A stretch of DNA of 64,000 nt from Phallusia mammillata (taxonomy: Eukaryota): the NCBI GenBank assembly GCA_965637545.1, contig OZ281494.1:8742001-8806000 (forward strand). Reading direction: 5' to 3'. Below the pieces are notes generated by a model. That model saw only the letters and a program-made list of their open reading frames with translations. It did no database searches and was not told where the DNA came from. Numbering within the stretch: the stretch's first letter is position 1; every line of letters starts with the position of its first letter. Positions 27,134 through 38,910 of the stretch are shown piece after piece. The translations under genes and the position numbers were made by a program.

Positions 27134-30100
27134 TCATTGGTCGTCGGGTTGAGTGTTGGAACGTGAATGGGATTGGCTGGTTGTGCTGATTCCCCTTTTT
27201 TCCAGCTCGCGATTCAACGCCTTTCTCACTTCTTCACCCCTGACGCAGTAGATGAGAAACAGGAAAGGCCCTTGCAGACCGTTCAGCACCACGTTTATGT
27301 ACAGCAGAACTTGGCTTGAAGTCGCTTCCAACCCTGTGGAGAACAAAACCGTATAGTTACATCACAAAAATAGCTTTTTCAGAAAGGTCGAGCTAGCCAA
27401 AATAAGCATAGCGCGATTGTTTTCATGAATTGCAAACAGTGTACACTGTTTCGACCAACAAGGTCTCATTAGTGCCATTGTTGAAAACAAATAATAAGTC
27501 GTATTGGCTAGTGTAGCCATCTAAAGGCACTCCAGTTGGTTGAAGCCACACACTGTTTCGACCAACAAGGTCTCATTAGTGCCATTGTTGAAAACAAATA
27601 ATAAGTCGTATTGGCTAGTGTAGCCATCTAAAGGCACTCCAGTTGGTTGAAGCCATGTCTCTGCGGGTGTACTGTCTGCAGGATTATCATGTTATCCAGA
27701 ATCGAATTAACCTGTGATATCAAGATGTTAATGAAATAGAGTGGGCAGCAACTGAAAATAATTAATACTAAAGTGTTGCCCACTACGGAATACGGCTTAC
27801 GGAACCATCGAAGAAAAAATGAGTTTTAGCGGCCCCTTGCGGCAAATGTTTTTGTTACATGATTAGCTGCAGACTGTGCACATTTTGTCGACCTTTAGGG
27901 TTTCATCAGTATAGCTGGTGAGAAGAGATCGGCCGTATGGGCTAATGTAGCCAACTTACACTCCAGTTTGTTGGGAGTAAATAGCAATAAAGCCATGCCT
28001 TACCAACATGCTCGATGCCACAACTGGACATTAGCGATTGGTTTACAACGTCCAAACCCATGTTTGGGAACAAAGCGATTTGGGCTCATGGTCACAGTAT
28101 TAATGTAATACTATGAAAGGCTGGCTTTTCAGCCTGTTGCTTCAAACAAACTGAAGTGCCGTAAAGTGGCTACATTATAATATACTTTCTGCAGCTTATC
28201 ATGTTTTGGCTCGATGCTTTTTATTTCGTTAAATTTAACAATTATCTAACCTGTGACGTGCGTTATTTTTAGTAAAAGCGCATGCAGTTTTGACAAAACA
28301 CAATTACCAAGTAAATTGAAATACAAGGGTTGAAAATGCATCCTACCGATAAAGAAGGCGAAAATCCATGACGTGCCCAGGGCAGGAATCAGCACCGCCA
28401 ATGACTTGGCCGTTTCGATCAGGACCTCAACCTTCACCAGGTGCTCGACAAACATGATTTGTAAGCCGTTGCGGAGAGGCAGAGTCGGTTTCTTTTGCAA
28501 GGTGCAGATTAACACAGCTACCCTGATCAGAATGACCAAGTTGACCAGCACAACTAACGCCATTGGAATGAACACACTCCACCAGAATGTGAAGTACGAC
28601 GGTTCAAGCCAACAGCGTAGGTATTTCCATTCGGACATCTGGTTTTGCTCGGCAACGCTAAAGGCAGGGTTAATTGCAATGTAGCTTCCATTGCGGAATC
28701 CCAGGATTGCCGCCGCCGCTGTGACCCCACCTGGGATGCCCCAGCCAATCAGCACTCGCACCGTATTTACAACACGGGGGTCGTGAGAGGTGAACTTGAT
28801 CGCCGATTTCGAGGTTTTCATGGAAAGAGTGATCCCCTCCACAAGCATCCAAAAACCTAAACACCATGAGATTTGCACATAATGAATGTGTTATTTACAA
28901 TTAGTGCCAAGCTAGTCTCGTTAAATCGACCCTGTTGATACGATGTAGTCAATATTAATATTTACTTTCGAAACATATCAACACTCAGGATATCGTGTCT
29001 ACGAGTTACTATAACTTTGTATTACCTGATTTCTTTCAACAACATTTTAAAAGAAATATAAAGGCTCTACAAGCGTGTGATTGTTTGTTGATAAGGTAAT
29101 TTTTAGCGTTTCTCATTGTTTGTAAAACAGTGACAAACAACGTACGTTTCTTAAATATTTTCTATATTTATGTGACGTCAAAACTCCCGTTCTATGTTTC
29201 TCGCTGTAGCGAATAGTCGTTGTGACTCAATGAGGCAAAAAAGCTGGCAGTTGGTGTTGAGCAGGGGTGGTTTCTATAATTTCTGCGCTGCTTGTTTTGT
29301 TTTTATCGTTCATAGACTTTTGATATTTTGGTTAAGAATCGATTTCTGTACTGACTAAAGTCCCTTATAAGAGGACAAATAAGGGGCGTTACATTTTTAC
29401 ACAAGGCAACTGAAAATGTTTGTCGTGCACTCCAACTGTTGTATGCAGTGCGTGGAACACCATGTCGCTAAAAGGTTAACCGATCAATGCATGGTGCTTA
29501 AACGCCAACATTTTCAGAAATCGTATAAACCGTTTGCGAAAAACAATGCTTGACAGGACAGTGTTCCACTGGGACAAAGACATATTAGGCTTGTTTTACG
29601 TTATCGCTGCTTGAGAAGAACCCAATCACCTCTGTTTAGCATGTATCAGACCTAACAATTGCTAGTAATTTTGTGCACCAAGTCCGGATGTGATCATGTT
29701 TGACGCACAAACGACTGATGGCGTTCTGAGGACAAGCAGACAAAATTTAGCTTGAAGCTTTAATGGTGCAACACCACAACACAACTGAAGCTTAGTTAAT
29801 TAAAACAAAAAGTAAAAAAGACAAGGTTGCATGATCTGTGGGCTCCCGATTAGTGTTTTTTTTTGACACACGTAAAGAGGGTAGAGCTACTAACACCATA
29901 ACGAGAATCTACCCACAAATTTGATTAGGGGGCGTAAAGAGCTGAATTTTTATTTAGCGGCTATAAATGGGTTGGGTTGGAAAATATTTACTTAAAATTT
30001 TTACATTAGTAGCTAATTTTTTGGGTTGGTTGTATTAAATTTTAAGTGCTAATACCTTACCCCGACCCTAATAGCCCTAATCGTGAGCATTTTTGGAGAT

Positions 30101-33100
30101 ATTACCAATCAAATTTGGGGGTAGATTCTCATTATGGTGTTAGTAGCTCTACCCGTAAAGAGAGGGTGTAAAAATACCGCCCGCCCCTGTGTGAAAAATA
30201 TTTTACCCCAAACAGTCCTTTTTTCACAAACTTAAGATGACAGTTTATTCAAAAACATAACTGTCAGACTACTTGTGTACTTACAATACATCATGCAGAC
30301 GTTTCAACAATCGCTGTTGTCATTATCAGTGCAAGTTTCTTAAAACCACGTAAAACTATATGAAAAAGGATTATGAAGGTGACCCCTAACCTGATGACAG
30401 TAGGAAGAATTGCAGAGACACGGTTGAAATCTCGCACAACAATGCATTTCGGACGAAGACTTCATTGAAGACGCTGATACAATGCATGAATGTCAGGGCA
30501 ATACAGAGGTTAATCTGTACCATGGTGCGGTCGTTGTTTATAGTGTTGCGGACAGTTGCAAGAGCGGCAGTTGTTATTGTCAAAAACACGATGGAGGTGC
30601 TTTGGGCGACGTAAGTCAAGATCTGTTTGAGAAATATTGATTTGGGCAGTTGTTAAAAATGTGCAAACTGACCTAAAAATGATGTTTAGAAACATAAATT
30701 CATGTCTAGAAAAAAACATGAATTTTTAGACATTGCGTAAAAACTTTATTTCAGGTGGCCATGCATGTAATGGTTAAATGTTTTATGTACCCATGTTACT
30801 GGTACATTGGTTGATAGTTTTAAGCTACCCATGTTACTCGTATACTCGTTGATAGTTTTAAGCTACCCATGTTACTGGTATACTCGTTGATAGTTTTATG
30901 CTACTCATGTTGGTTTGTTACGAGGACAGACAGCACTGGTATTCAAAAGATTTATAACATAACCTGTTTAGACCCATTTTGTACTAATTAAAGTAAATTT
31001 TAACTCATGTCATTTACCTCCAGGGTGTCGGAAACAAACACGGTTTCAACAGCCAGCATCACCGTAAAAACGGACGTATGGTTGCAGGCACATGTTGTGA
31101 AGTTAACCGTCGTCTCCATCAGCTGACACCCGTAAGTGCTAAGGCTGTAATTGGTTCCGTTAGGACGCAGATAAGCGCAACGGTATTTTGCATCAGTAAT
31201 GTAGAATGTCTTTCCTTCTGCCGTTCGGGTCACCTCCGGAACAACCAACGATTCAAAAATATCTGTTGGTTTAATCGAAAAGCTGACGCTTGCGGCGACT
31301 TTTTTTTCTTTGTCCGGATCATAGACATCAATTAGTACGTAGTCTTGTTCGGCAATGAAGTTTTGCTCTATGACTCCATTTTGGCTGGGAACGGTGATGT
31401 TTTTGTCTAACCATTCTTTGGAAATGTTTTGGTTGAAAGTAGCCTGGCCGTAGGCTAACGCCAAGCGCTTTCCATTCATAGTCGCGTTCACGGACCTTAT
31501 AACACTTCCCTGAGTTTGAATGCCGTTTGCGATGCTCTCTGAGAGGTCCGATGTCTCGATGTTGCGGGTGGCCGTCGCTACAGATCCCCTTAAATCGGTT
31601 AAAGGAAATGAGAATGCTATATCCTCAAGATGTGAAACAACGTCGCCAACCGCTCTATCCTTCACTGCGCCAGTCAGTAGCTCTCTTAGTTCATCTGCAT
31701 ACAAAAATAGGACTCATGTTTCTACTTTAGATGCTATTTTCCATTTAAAACCAAAAGCAGAAAAACAATTCCCATACGGTTTCAAAAACATATAGAGCAA
31801 TTTAATCGCTAAGGGGCCTGGGAGTATGTTTCAAGCTGTACATGAACTTTTTTTGTTTTGAAAGATTTACAGTGGTTCCCAAACGGGGAGAAATTTGCAA
31901 ACTTGAGGGGAGAAATTTACTTTAATTTTTACATATGGTTTGTAACAAGACGCTTAAGCTCTAAGAATATGACCTGTAAAGTTGATAGAAGACCTAAATT
32001 TAAATGATTTGGTATAGTTTAGTACAGGGGTCGGCAAACTTTTAAGCGGCGCGTGCCAATTTACTTATCCGACGCCTGGTTTAGTACCTACCATGTAGTA
32101 TACGACGAAATTAAAATGTTCGTCAAAATAATTATTTAAAAAATGTTGGAAACCACCCTAATACAAACTTTTCAGCAAAAAGGTACTTACGTGGGTGTTT
32201 ACACACAATCTTAACACTTGTGTTAAAAAAAAACCTTTAAATTGTTTTTCTTTTTGCGTTAAAGTCTACAGTTCTCAAACTTTGTTTTTCACCAGCAGCA
32301 AATTTACAAGCAATGCACTATTTGTTGTATTTAGACTTGAATAAAATACCTTTTCGGCTTTTATTATCTTACCAATGCGTATAAACGTGACAGAAAATAG
32401 CCCAAAACGGCACTTGTCAAAACCACAAATGGCGCTCGAGTATGGCACTGATACCAATGATCTATTTAACGCGGTTTATTCTTACCTGCAGATTTGCAAT
32501 ATGTTGGTTCTTTACACATAAACCTGCCCCAATCCGGATCTTTGTTGGGTACGCTTTCACCTATGCAGACAAACACTTTTTGGAAATGCATCCATTTTTA
32601 GGGAGGTTTGCCTTATGTACTGTACTACGAAAAGGAAATTACCTTCACTTTTACGTTGACAAATCACTTGTCGAAAAGTTTCGTCAGTGTTTATTGCATC
32701 CCACTTTAGTTCTTTGGTAATGAGAATCTGGGTTTTATTAATGTCAAAATTCTTCGGGGGAAGTTGAAACGCACTTTTATCATGTCGAATTTGTCGGGCA
32801 ATGGGCAAAAAAGTATCACCTTTGTCAAAAAATAAAAGCTCAATTGTCTATTACTGCACTTTTTCAAGTTATAACTTAGACAAAATACTCAACTAGGTAT
32901 ACGTATGTATGCTGGGTTGTTCTTGACCTTAGCTAACTTACTTCAACTTCTTTTTACTGTAACAAGTTCGCATTTGCGATTTAACCTAAAATTATCTATT
33001 AATTAATCAAACCTTCACAGGAAAACTGTTCCGGGAAGGACATATTTACAAAGCAATAGAGGTCATAGCAAGTTGGTAGATGAGCCAAGCTTGAGTTCAA

Positions 33101-36100
33101 TGCTTTGCAAATCTCCTTTCCTGCCCCTATCTCCTGATTACCGGTGTTAATGTAGGTAAAGTTTCCGCAAGTGTTCCATTTTTCTGTTGGAATCAGAAAT
33201 TAAGTTTTTAACTGAAAATTGAAAGTGTTGTTCAAGTAACAGAATCAATCAATTTATGATTCAATTTGAATAAGGCACTAGAGATGACAGTTAGGCGAAA
33301 CATATATCTTCCATCTAAATTAGTTATTATTTTATTTTCTTGCTTTAGAAATTTGAGACTTTTTTGTCTTCGCTTTAAAGCCGTAAAAATAAACAAATAC
33401 TTATTTTAGAAAGTATTTAACATGTAGTACAAGCGATGATATAGAGAGTGGTAAAATGGATGTACGTTTTTCATCCAATTATCGGTATTGACACTAGAGT
33501 AGCGTTTTACTCTTTAACTTAGGGAATCTGACAAGAACGACTAAATATTAGCACTTACTTTCCAGCCTTTTGCACAAAACGTACGCGTTACCGTTGCATT
33601 CAGTAAAGTTGTCTGATTTTGTCCAATTAAAGTCACAATAAAGACTCCCAGATTGGGAAGCCATGAAATAAGGTGTTCCAGGAACTAATGGTATTTAAAA
33701 ATACAGCAATGATATTATTGGCTAATTTAGAGTTTCTCCACTCTTTTAACCTTGATTGTTAAGCCAGAAATAAAAAAGGTTTTCCATAAACGGTGTAATA
33801 TATTTTATGATTAAGCTTGTCTGTAAAAACACTTTTCGTGAAAAGTCATGTTTTGGTTCACGATGGACATTCATTGTCAAACAAACAAATTACCAAAAGG
33901 TGTTGACAAGTTTTGTTACTAGGGCTTACCTGAATTTCCGAGAAATTTGCGAACAGTGGCTTCGAAAGCATTTTTCGAAAAGTAATCTCTTTCGAATTTA
34001 TACTTCAGGTTCATTACCAACTGAGAATCATTTCTTACTGTTTTACAATTTTTTTCCAACTGCTGCACAGTTTTGTTAGTCATATCCATATAAAGCACTG
34101 CGTATTGCCACACTATAAAGCGCCCCCACTCCGGATCACCTGTAAACAAAAAAAGCAAACAAAACAAACAAGGCCCCTTTTCTGCCCTACCCAAGTGTTT
34201 CCCATATTTTGAGCTTGTTCAACACGACTACAATTTTTTGTGTGGTGGAGATTTAAAACAGAAAACTTGTTATTAGGTAGGTCAAAGTACAATTTTACCT
34301 GATGGAAGAGGTTGTCTTTGGCGACAAATGGGATCATTTTTTTAGCCTGTCATGCACTACCTTGTTTCGCCACAAAGTCAATTAAACACGCAATGGAAAA
34401 TTGGGCAGCAGTACTAAACGTTTTGTACATTTTAACACTATATACGCACCTATTTATAAGTTCAATGATGAAAATACCGCCCCAAATATATCACTGACGA
34501 TGGCATGAGCATTTGCCGAAACGTTTGAAAAATAAAGCATGTCGTCGCTTTTACGGCTATTTGGGCCGTTATTTTCATCATTAAGTTTTGCACATTATTA
34601 TTTATGTCACCGCTATACTAAGTACGAGATTGTTCGTGGTTATATTGAATTAGTTAATTAGTTAATGTATTTAGCTATAGGAGTGCTATTATACTTTCAG
34701 GATCGATATGAAATCATTGGTAAAAATAATCTGAACCACTGGCACAACAGAAAATTAAGATAAACCCAAGAGGAGAGTTTCCTGACTCTTGTAGTGACTT
34801 GCACTGCAAACTTGCTTTATACACATACTTTTATACACTGTAATACACATACTTACTCTTGTGCCGAAAGACAAACTGACATTGACTTTCGTTGAAACAC
34901 ATACACTCTTTGCTATCACCTTCAGTGGAGTACAATGATACATTGAAAAATTCTGTCGAAAAACCATATTGTTGTGTAAATGAAACGTGTCGGGCGGAAA
35001 TTGCTCATACATGTCTGACTTCGTTTTAGTTTGTTTTGTTTTTCTGAGAAAACCTTTTTTAAAAAAATATAGGCGTGTTTTTATCAGATGGTTTTGCAAT
35101 GATTTTTAGATTGTCAATAAAACACAAAAACATACCGAATAAATTTGAAAATATGTACAATATTTAAAAGTCGTACAGACGTATAAGTTGCTTTTCAACA
35201 GTGTATTGCCAAATTTGTTACTCTTCAAACAGTTTTACCTTTAAACAGTGTGTAACAAGTTAATTTTTTGCCTCGGCTTAACTATGAAGCACATTTGTAC
35301 AATATTTTATAATAAATCATAGCATTGTTTTCCGCCCTAAAAGTACTATTGACCGATGTTTTATCGATGAAATGCATAGTTCTGATTTGTTTCAACTTAC
35401 GTTTCAGCGCGGATGGTAACAGCACTGGTTCAACAATCTCAATCGTCTCGAAATCTTTGGTGTTAAATTCCGTAACGGTGTTATTGCAAGTTTCAAAGTC
35501 CATGTCCGGGCTTGTACGATATTTGTGTAAACCCCATTGCATTCCTCGACCTACATCGACAATAAATATTGAAAATTATGTTAAAAAAGCGCAACAAATT
35601 AAATTGCCAAAGAATGCATGAAAGCACAGATAGCCATCGCAAAACTTTTATGTGCGGTTTCTTTCGATCGGATGGACAACATCAGCAAACATGTATCTAC
35701 AATTGTAAATTTAATTTCTTACGTGATTCCATCATGACGTATCGTCTGTTGCGACCCGAATTGAAACATTTATTCTTCTTCTTCACTGAGTCATCACTGA
35801 TGCCAAGCTCTTCTGCAAAAATGATCAAAACCAAACGCGGATAAATAAGGACTAATACTTTGCACACTCTTACTCTTAACTTCTGACGTTAGATTAGCTA
35901 TAAGTTGGGATATGGGACATTTTTCGGCTTCTTCTTCGCATTGATTGTGTTCATCGCTTAACCAATAAAAGTTAGCATTCTCCCAGGCAATGAAATTTTC
36001 TGTAGCGTAAAATAAAAGAGTCTTTAGTTAAATATGGAGATGTACCGCTTATTCGATTTGGCCGAAGTTATTTCAAAGATTCGGTTTCGGCAGAATAATT

Positions 36101-36862
36101 TGTTGTGATTCGGCCGAAACCGAATCTTTTACGAACACAAATGTAAAGCGTTAAACGGTGTCATTTCAGCTTAGTACGGTACCACACAATCTTCCAAACA
36201 ACACCGCAACTAAAATAGCGTCAATTTTTATAATTCGTAAAACATTATCGTTTTTCCCATAGTAGATAAAAAAATCAGTAATTCATCGGGAAACTGGCAA
36301 CTATGCTTGTGACAATGTTAAACCCCACAAAACTAAACTTATGTTTCCATGTCCAACGCTTAATAGCGCACGACTTCGGGTGACCACATGTCTAATTGAG
36401 TTAATTCGAAATTTAACCAATTAGGTACATCTCTGATGAAATATAGCCTTAATAAAACTGTTGCAGTAATGTCAACGATAAGATTATTTGTTTACAAATA
36501 TGTTCGTACAACAAACGCCCTAAACGTCAAAAAAATAACACATACGATTCGAATTACAAACAATTGGTAAAGTTGAAACTTTTACTTAAATAGTGCATGT
36601 GTCTATCTTATGGCAAACTGTTGACAGTATGCAAATATTAGCCTTAATCAAACAGTGCTAGAAGTTTCAGCTGTGTTGCACCTTGTATTAAAAACGTCTA
36701 TTAGGGCAGTAAACAAACTTATAGCAGTAAGGTTTAACACAAAACAACGTTAAACTTACTTTTTTCATCGCACTGTGGAGCGTCCGTTTCCTTCATTGCA
36801 AGAACCACGAAAACTTGCAAACTCAACAACAAGCAGCCCAGCATGAACAATTTCACCGCCAT
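27134..36862 (-). CDS. Adhesion GPCR paralog 2, ectodomain with degenerate C-type-lectin-like segments
   Basis: Signal exon 36760-36862 (MAVKLFMLGCLLLSLQVFVVLA), several small ectodomain exons between 32.5 and 35.6 kb, GAIN exon 31018-31694 (GCQL..CACNHTSVFTVML), TM1-3 exon 30391-30622, TM3-6 exon 28347-28856 (WMLVEG, GWGIP, RCWL), TM7 exon 27134-27333 (NGLQG..LIYC). One ectodomain junction (about 33.7-34.0 kb) is uncertain. Confidence 0.88.
27428..27479 (-). ncRNA. Type I hammerhead fold with a G5A core substitution (family C)
   Basis: Minus strand: AATGGCA-CTAATGA-GACC-TTGTT-GGTC-GAAA-CAGTG-TA-CACTG-TT-TGCAATT. All three stems form; the core reads CUAAUGA. Confidence 0.55.
27443..27655. 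repeat. Perfect 107-bp-period direct tandem duplication of a hammerhead-bearing element
   Basis: The sequence starting ACACTGTTTCGACCAACAAGG at 27443 repeats exactly from 27550 to 27655. Confidence 0.9.
27865..27916 (-). ncRNA. Degenerate hammerhead motif (family C)
   Basis: Minus strand: AGCTATA-CTGATGA-AACC-CTAAA-GGTC-GACAAAA-TGTGCACA-GTC-TGCAGCT. The GAAA is disrupted. Confidence 0.45.
29880..30153. mobile_element. Mutator-like MITE (about 47-bp TIRs, 9-bp TSD)
   Basis: TIR GGTAGAGCTACTAACACCATA..AATTTGATT with about 2 mismatches between arms. TSD CGTAAAGAG at 29871-29879 and 30154-30162. An older relative lies at about 11131-11320. Confidence 0.8.
30294..30333 (-). ncRNA. Minimal hammerhead motif with a G8A substitution (family A)
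   Basis: Minus strand: TGCA-CTGATAA-TGACAACAGCGATTGTT-GAAAC-GTC-TGCA. The sister copy at 322-362 has core ATGATGA. Confidence 0.5.
30788..30912. repeat. 38-bp tandem repeat, about 3.3 copies
   Basis: TACCCATGTTACTSGTAYAYTSGTTGATAGTTTTAAGC at 30788, 30826 and 30864, with a partial copy at 30902. Confidence 0.85.
34491..34528 (+). ncRNA. Minimal (Penelope-type) hammerhead ribozyme motif, core intact
   Basis: TCA-CTGACGA-T-GGCA-TGAGCATT-TGCC-GAAAC-GTT-TGA: stem I TCA/TGA, stem II GGCA/TGCC, core CUGACGA...GAAA, ACGU palindrome at stem III, NUH = GUU. Confidence 0.6.
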
Positions 36863-37932
36863 TTTGTTGAATATACGCAACAGCCTGGTAATACAAGCTT
36901 CTTCTAGAATTGCTAACGACAACTGGGCGTCTTGCTATCATGTCACCCTCTCTATATGTCTGCTTATTCCCGATAACAGATCTACAGGTTTTGTTTTTAA
37001 TTTCACATCTACCTGCAACATCCATGCGTTGGACTCGTCCACTTCCCATTCTTCACCTGGTAACTGGCGTACCGAGTCTTGCAACAGACGTATTATTCCT
37101 ATAAGTGTACACATGACGTATACAGAAGGTGATGTGTTAACCTGATACATTACAACACCAACACAAATTGCAGAAGCATCATGTTTTAGAATTGACCGTA
37201 AACAGGTACAACATGTTTTATTAGCTCCTGATCTTGTGAACATAAAACAATGACTGCACACAGATTTTGTACTTACGTTTCGTTTCGGGAAATTGTAAAG
37301 GAAGTAGTCGTCTTACAGCAGTTCGCTATACGCCTGGTATACACATACGGCAGCATTACAACAAATTACAACGCCTTGAACACTCCTTATACAAACAAAT
37401 ATTTTTATCTGCGTTGTTTAGTGCAACAAAAAAACGAAACACTTTTTCTGTACGCTACTGGGTCCACAAGAGTCCAAATGTTAAGGTTTTTAAAGCGAGA
37501 TTCATTCAACAAAACTGTGAAGCCAAGAGTCTGTCAAAAGCGTTTCGCCCGAAACAAGGCAATTAAATAGCAAGCGTCGGGTTGCAATGCTGCAGAACGA
37601 AGCACTGCCTGCCTCTGGAAACAAAGCGTGCAAGGCTGTAGTACACGATGATACAACAACTGCAAAGTTTTGACATATATTTGGGAAACACTTATACTCC
37701 AAACCTAAAATTAGGATCTACAAGCTCGTTGCTTAGTAGATAAACACTATAGTGAACCTTCTATTCGAAAAATGTGTCAATTCTTTTAAAACCTATCAAA
37801 TATGTACAGGACTGTATACACATTACCACTACGACACGATGAAATGTTTTCTGTCCTAGGTGAATGTTTTAGCGCTGTTGTACTGTCACGATTGATTTTA
37901 TCTTGCAAAATGAACTCAACTCAGTTTAATCA

Positions 37933-37980
37933 AGCTTTTAGTCCTGTGATAAGTGCATTTAAATACATGCAGATGTTGTC
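37933..37980 (-). pseudogene. Decayed duplicate of the TM7 exon of adhesion GPCR 3
   Basis: The minus strand reads ICMYLNALITGLKA*, versus IFMYLNALVTGLQG at about 39000-39035, with near-identical DNA. Confidence 0.55.
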
Positions 37981-38910
37981 CCAACGTAATGCTTCGTTTG
38001 CTCAGGTCTGTTATGAACAAAATTATATGCAGCGTGTCAGCTCTTTTGTGAGTCATTGCCAAAATTTTTCCATTTTCATACGTCTGGTGTCGTGCTTCTC
38101 AAACTTTCTCTGTGCCCCAATTATTAAAGGCAAATTAATACCTAATTGTTTTCACACAACATTCATCGAAAACAGAAGTGTTGCGACCACTGCATTTGGA
38201 CTTGGACTCGCGGTTTTTGCAGAACAAGTCCATGTCGGATAGACAAATCTGTTGCAAATGTTTTCATTTCTCAAAAGACGTATGTTATGTTTTATTTTGG
38301 ATTTAGCCAATAGTGATTGGCCGAATCCAGATATGTATTTTCGGACTTGAACTCGAACTTGAGAAAAAATTTCAACCGCCGTTTCGCAAAAAAAAGTTCA
38401 ATCGCCGTTTGGCAATGTCGCAGGGTCATTAATAAAGTATCAACTTCATGCTGCATGAATTCGCAAATCAGGAAACGTCAAACAAATTTGCATTTTAGAA
38501 TGGTACTCAGATATCAAAGGATTAAGGCAATACTCTATTCGACGACTGTTTACCAACTTAATCAAAAGATGACACACTTTGGGGTCGTGGCCCACCGGTT
38601 GAGATGCATTGTTTTAATAATGTGCCATTGTTTCATGCTGACCACCTGCACGACTATGTGATGTCATCGTGACGTCATGTTACTGGTATTTACTAAATTT
38701 TGAATACACACGACGAATGCAAACATGCAAACATCGATGGTTTAAAAATAAATAAATACATTGACGGACAGCTAGTAAGGTGCAAAATGTTACACAAAAT
38801 ACGTCAGATCGATTTTCACGAGTGATGAAAACTGGACCTTTACACTTATGTTAACTGGTGTTACACAATACATCATAAAAGACTGCTTCGGTGTATACAT
38901 GCGCATTATT

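Noticed and set aside
30788-30912. 38-bp repeats resembling a CRISPR repeat length
   Set aside because: Contiguous with no spacers, in a eukaryotic intron, and no cas genes.
36938-37261. 107-aa ORF containing GIIRLLQDSVRQLPGEEWEVDESNAWMLQ
   Set aside because: Looks coding-like but cannot be joined in phase to the neighbouring genes, and no motif was recognised.
38135-38250. Cys-rich exon-like segment ICLSDMDLFCKNRESKSKCSGRNTSVFDECCVKT (ShK-like spacing)
   Set aside because: The Cys pattern is incomplete for ShKT and there are no partner exons.
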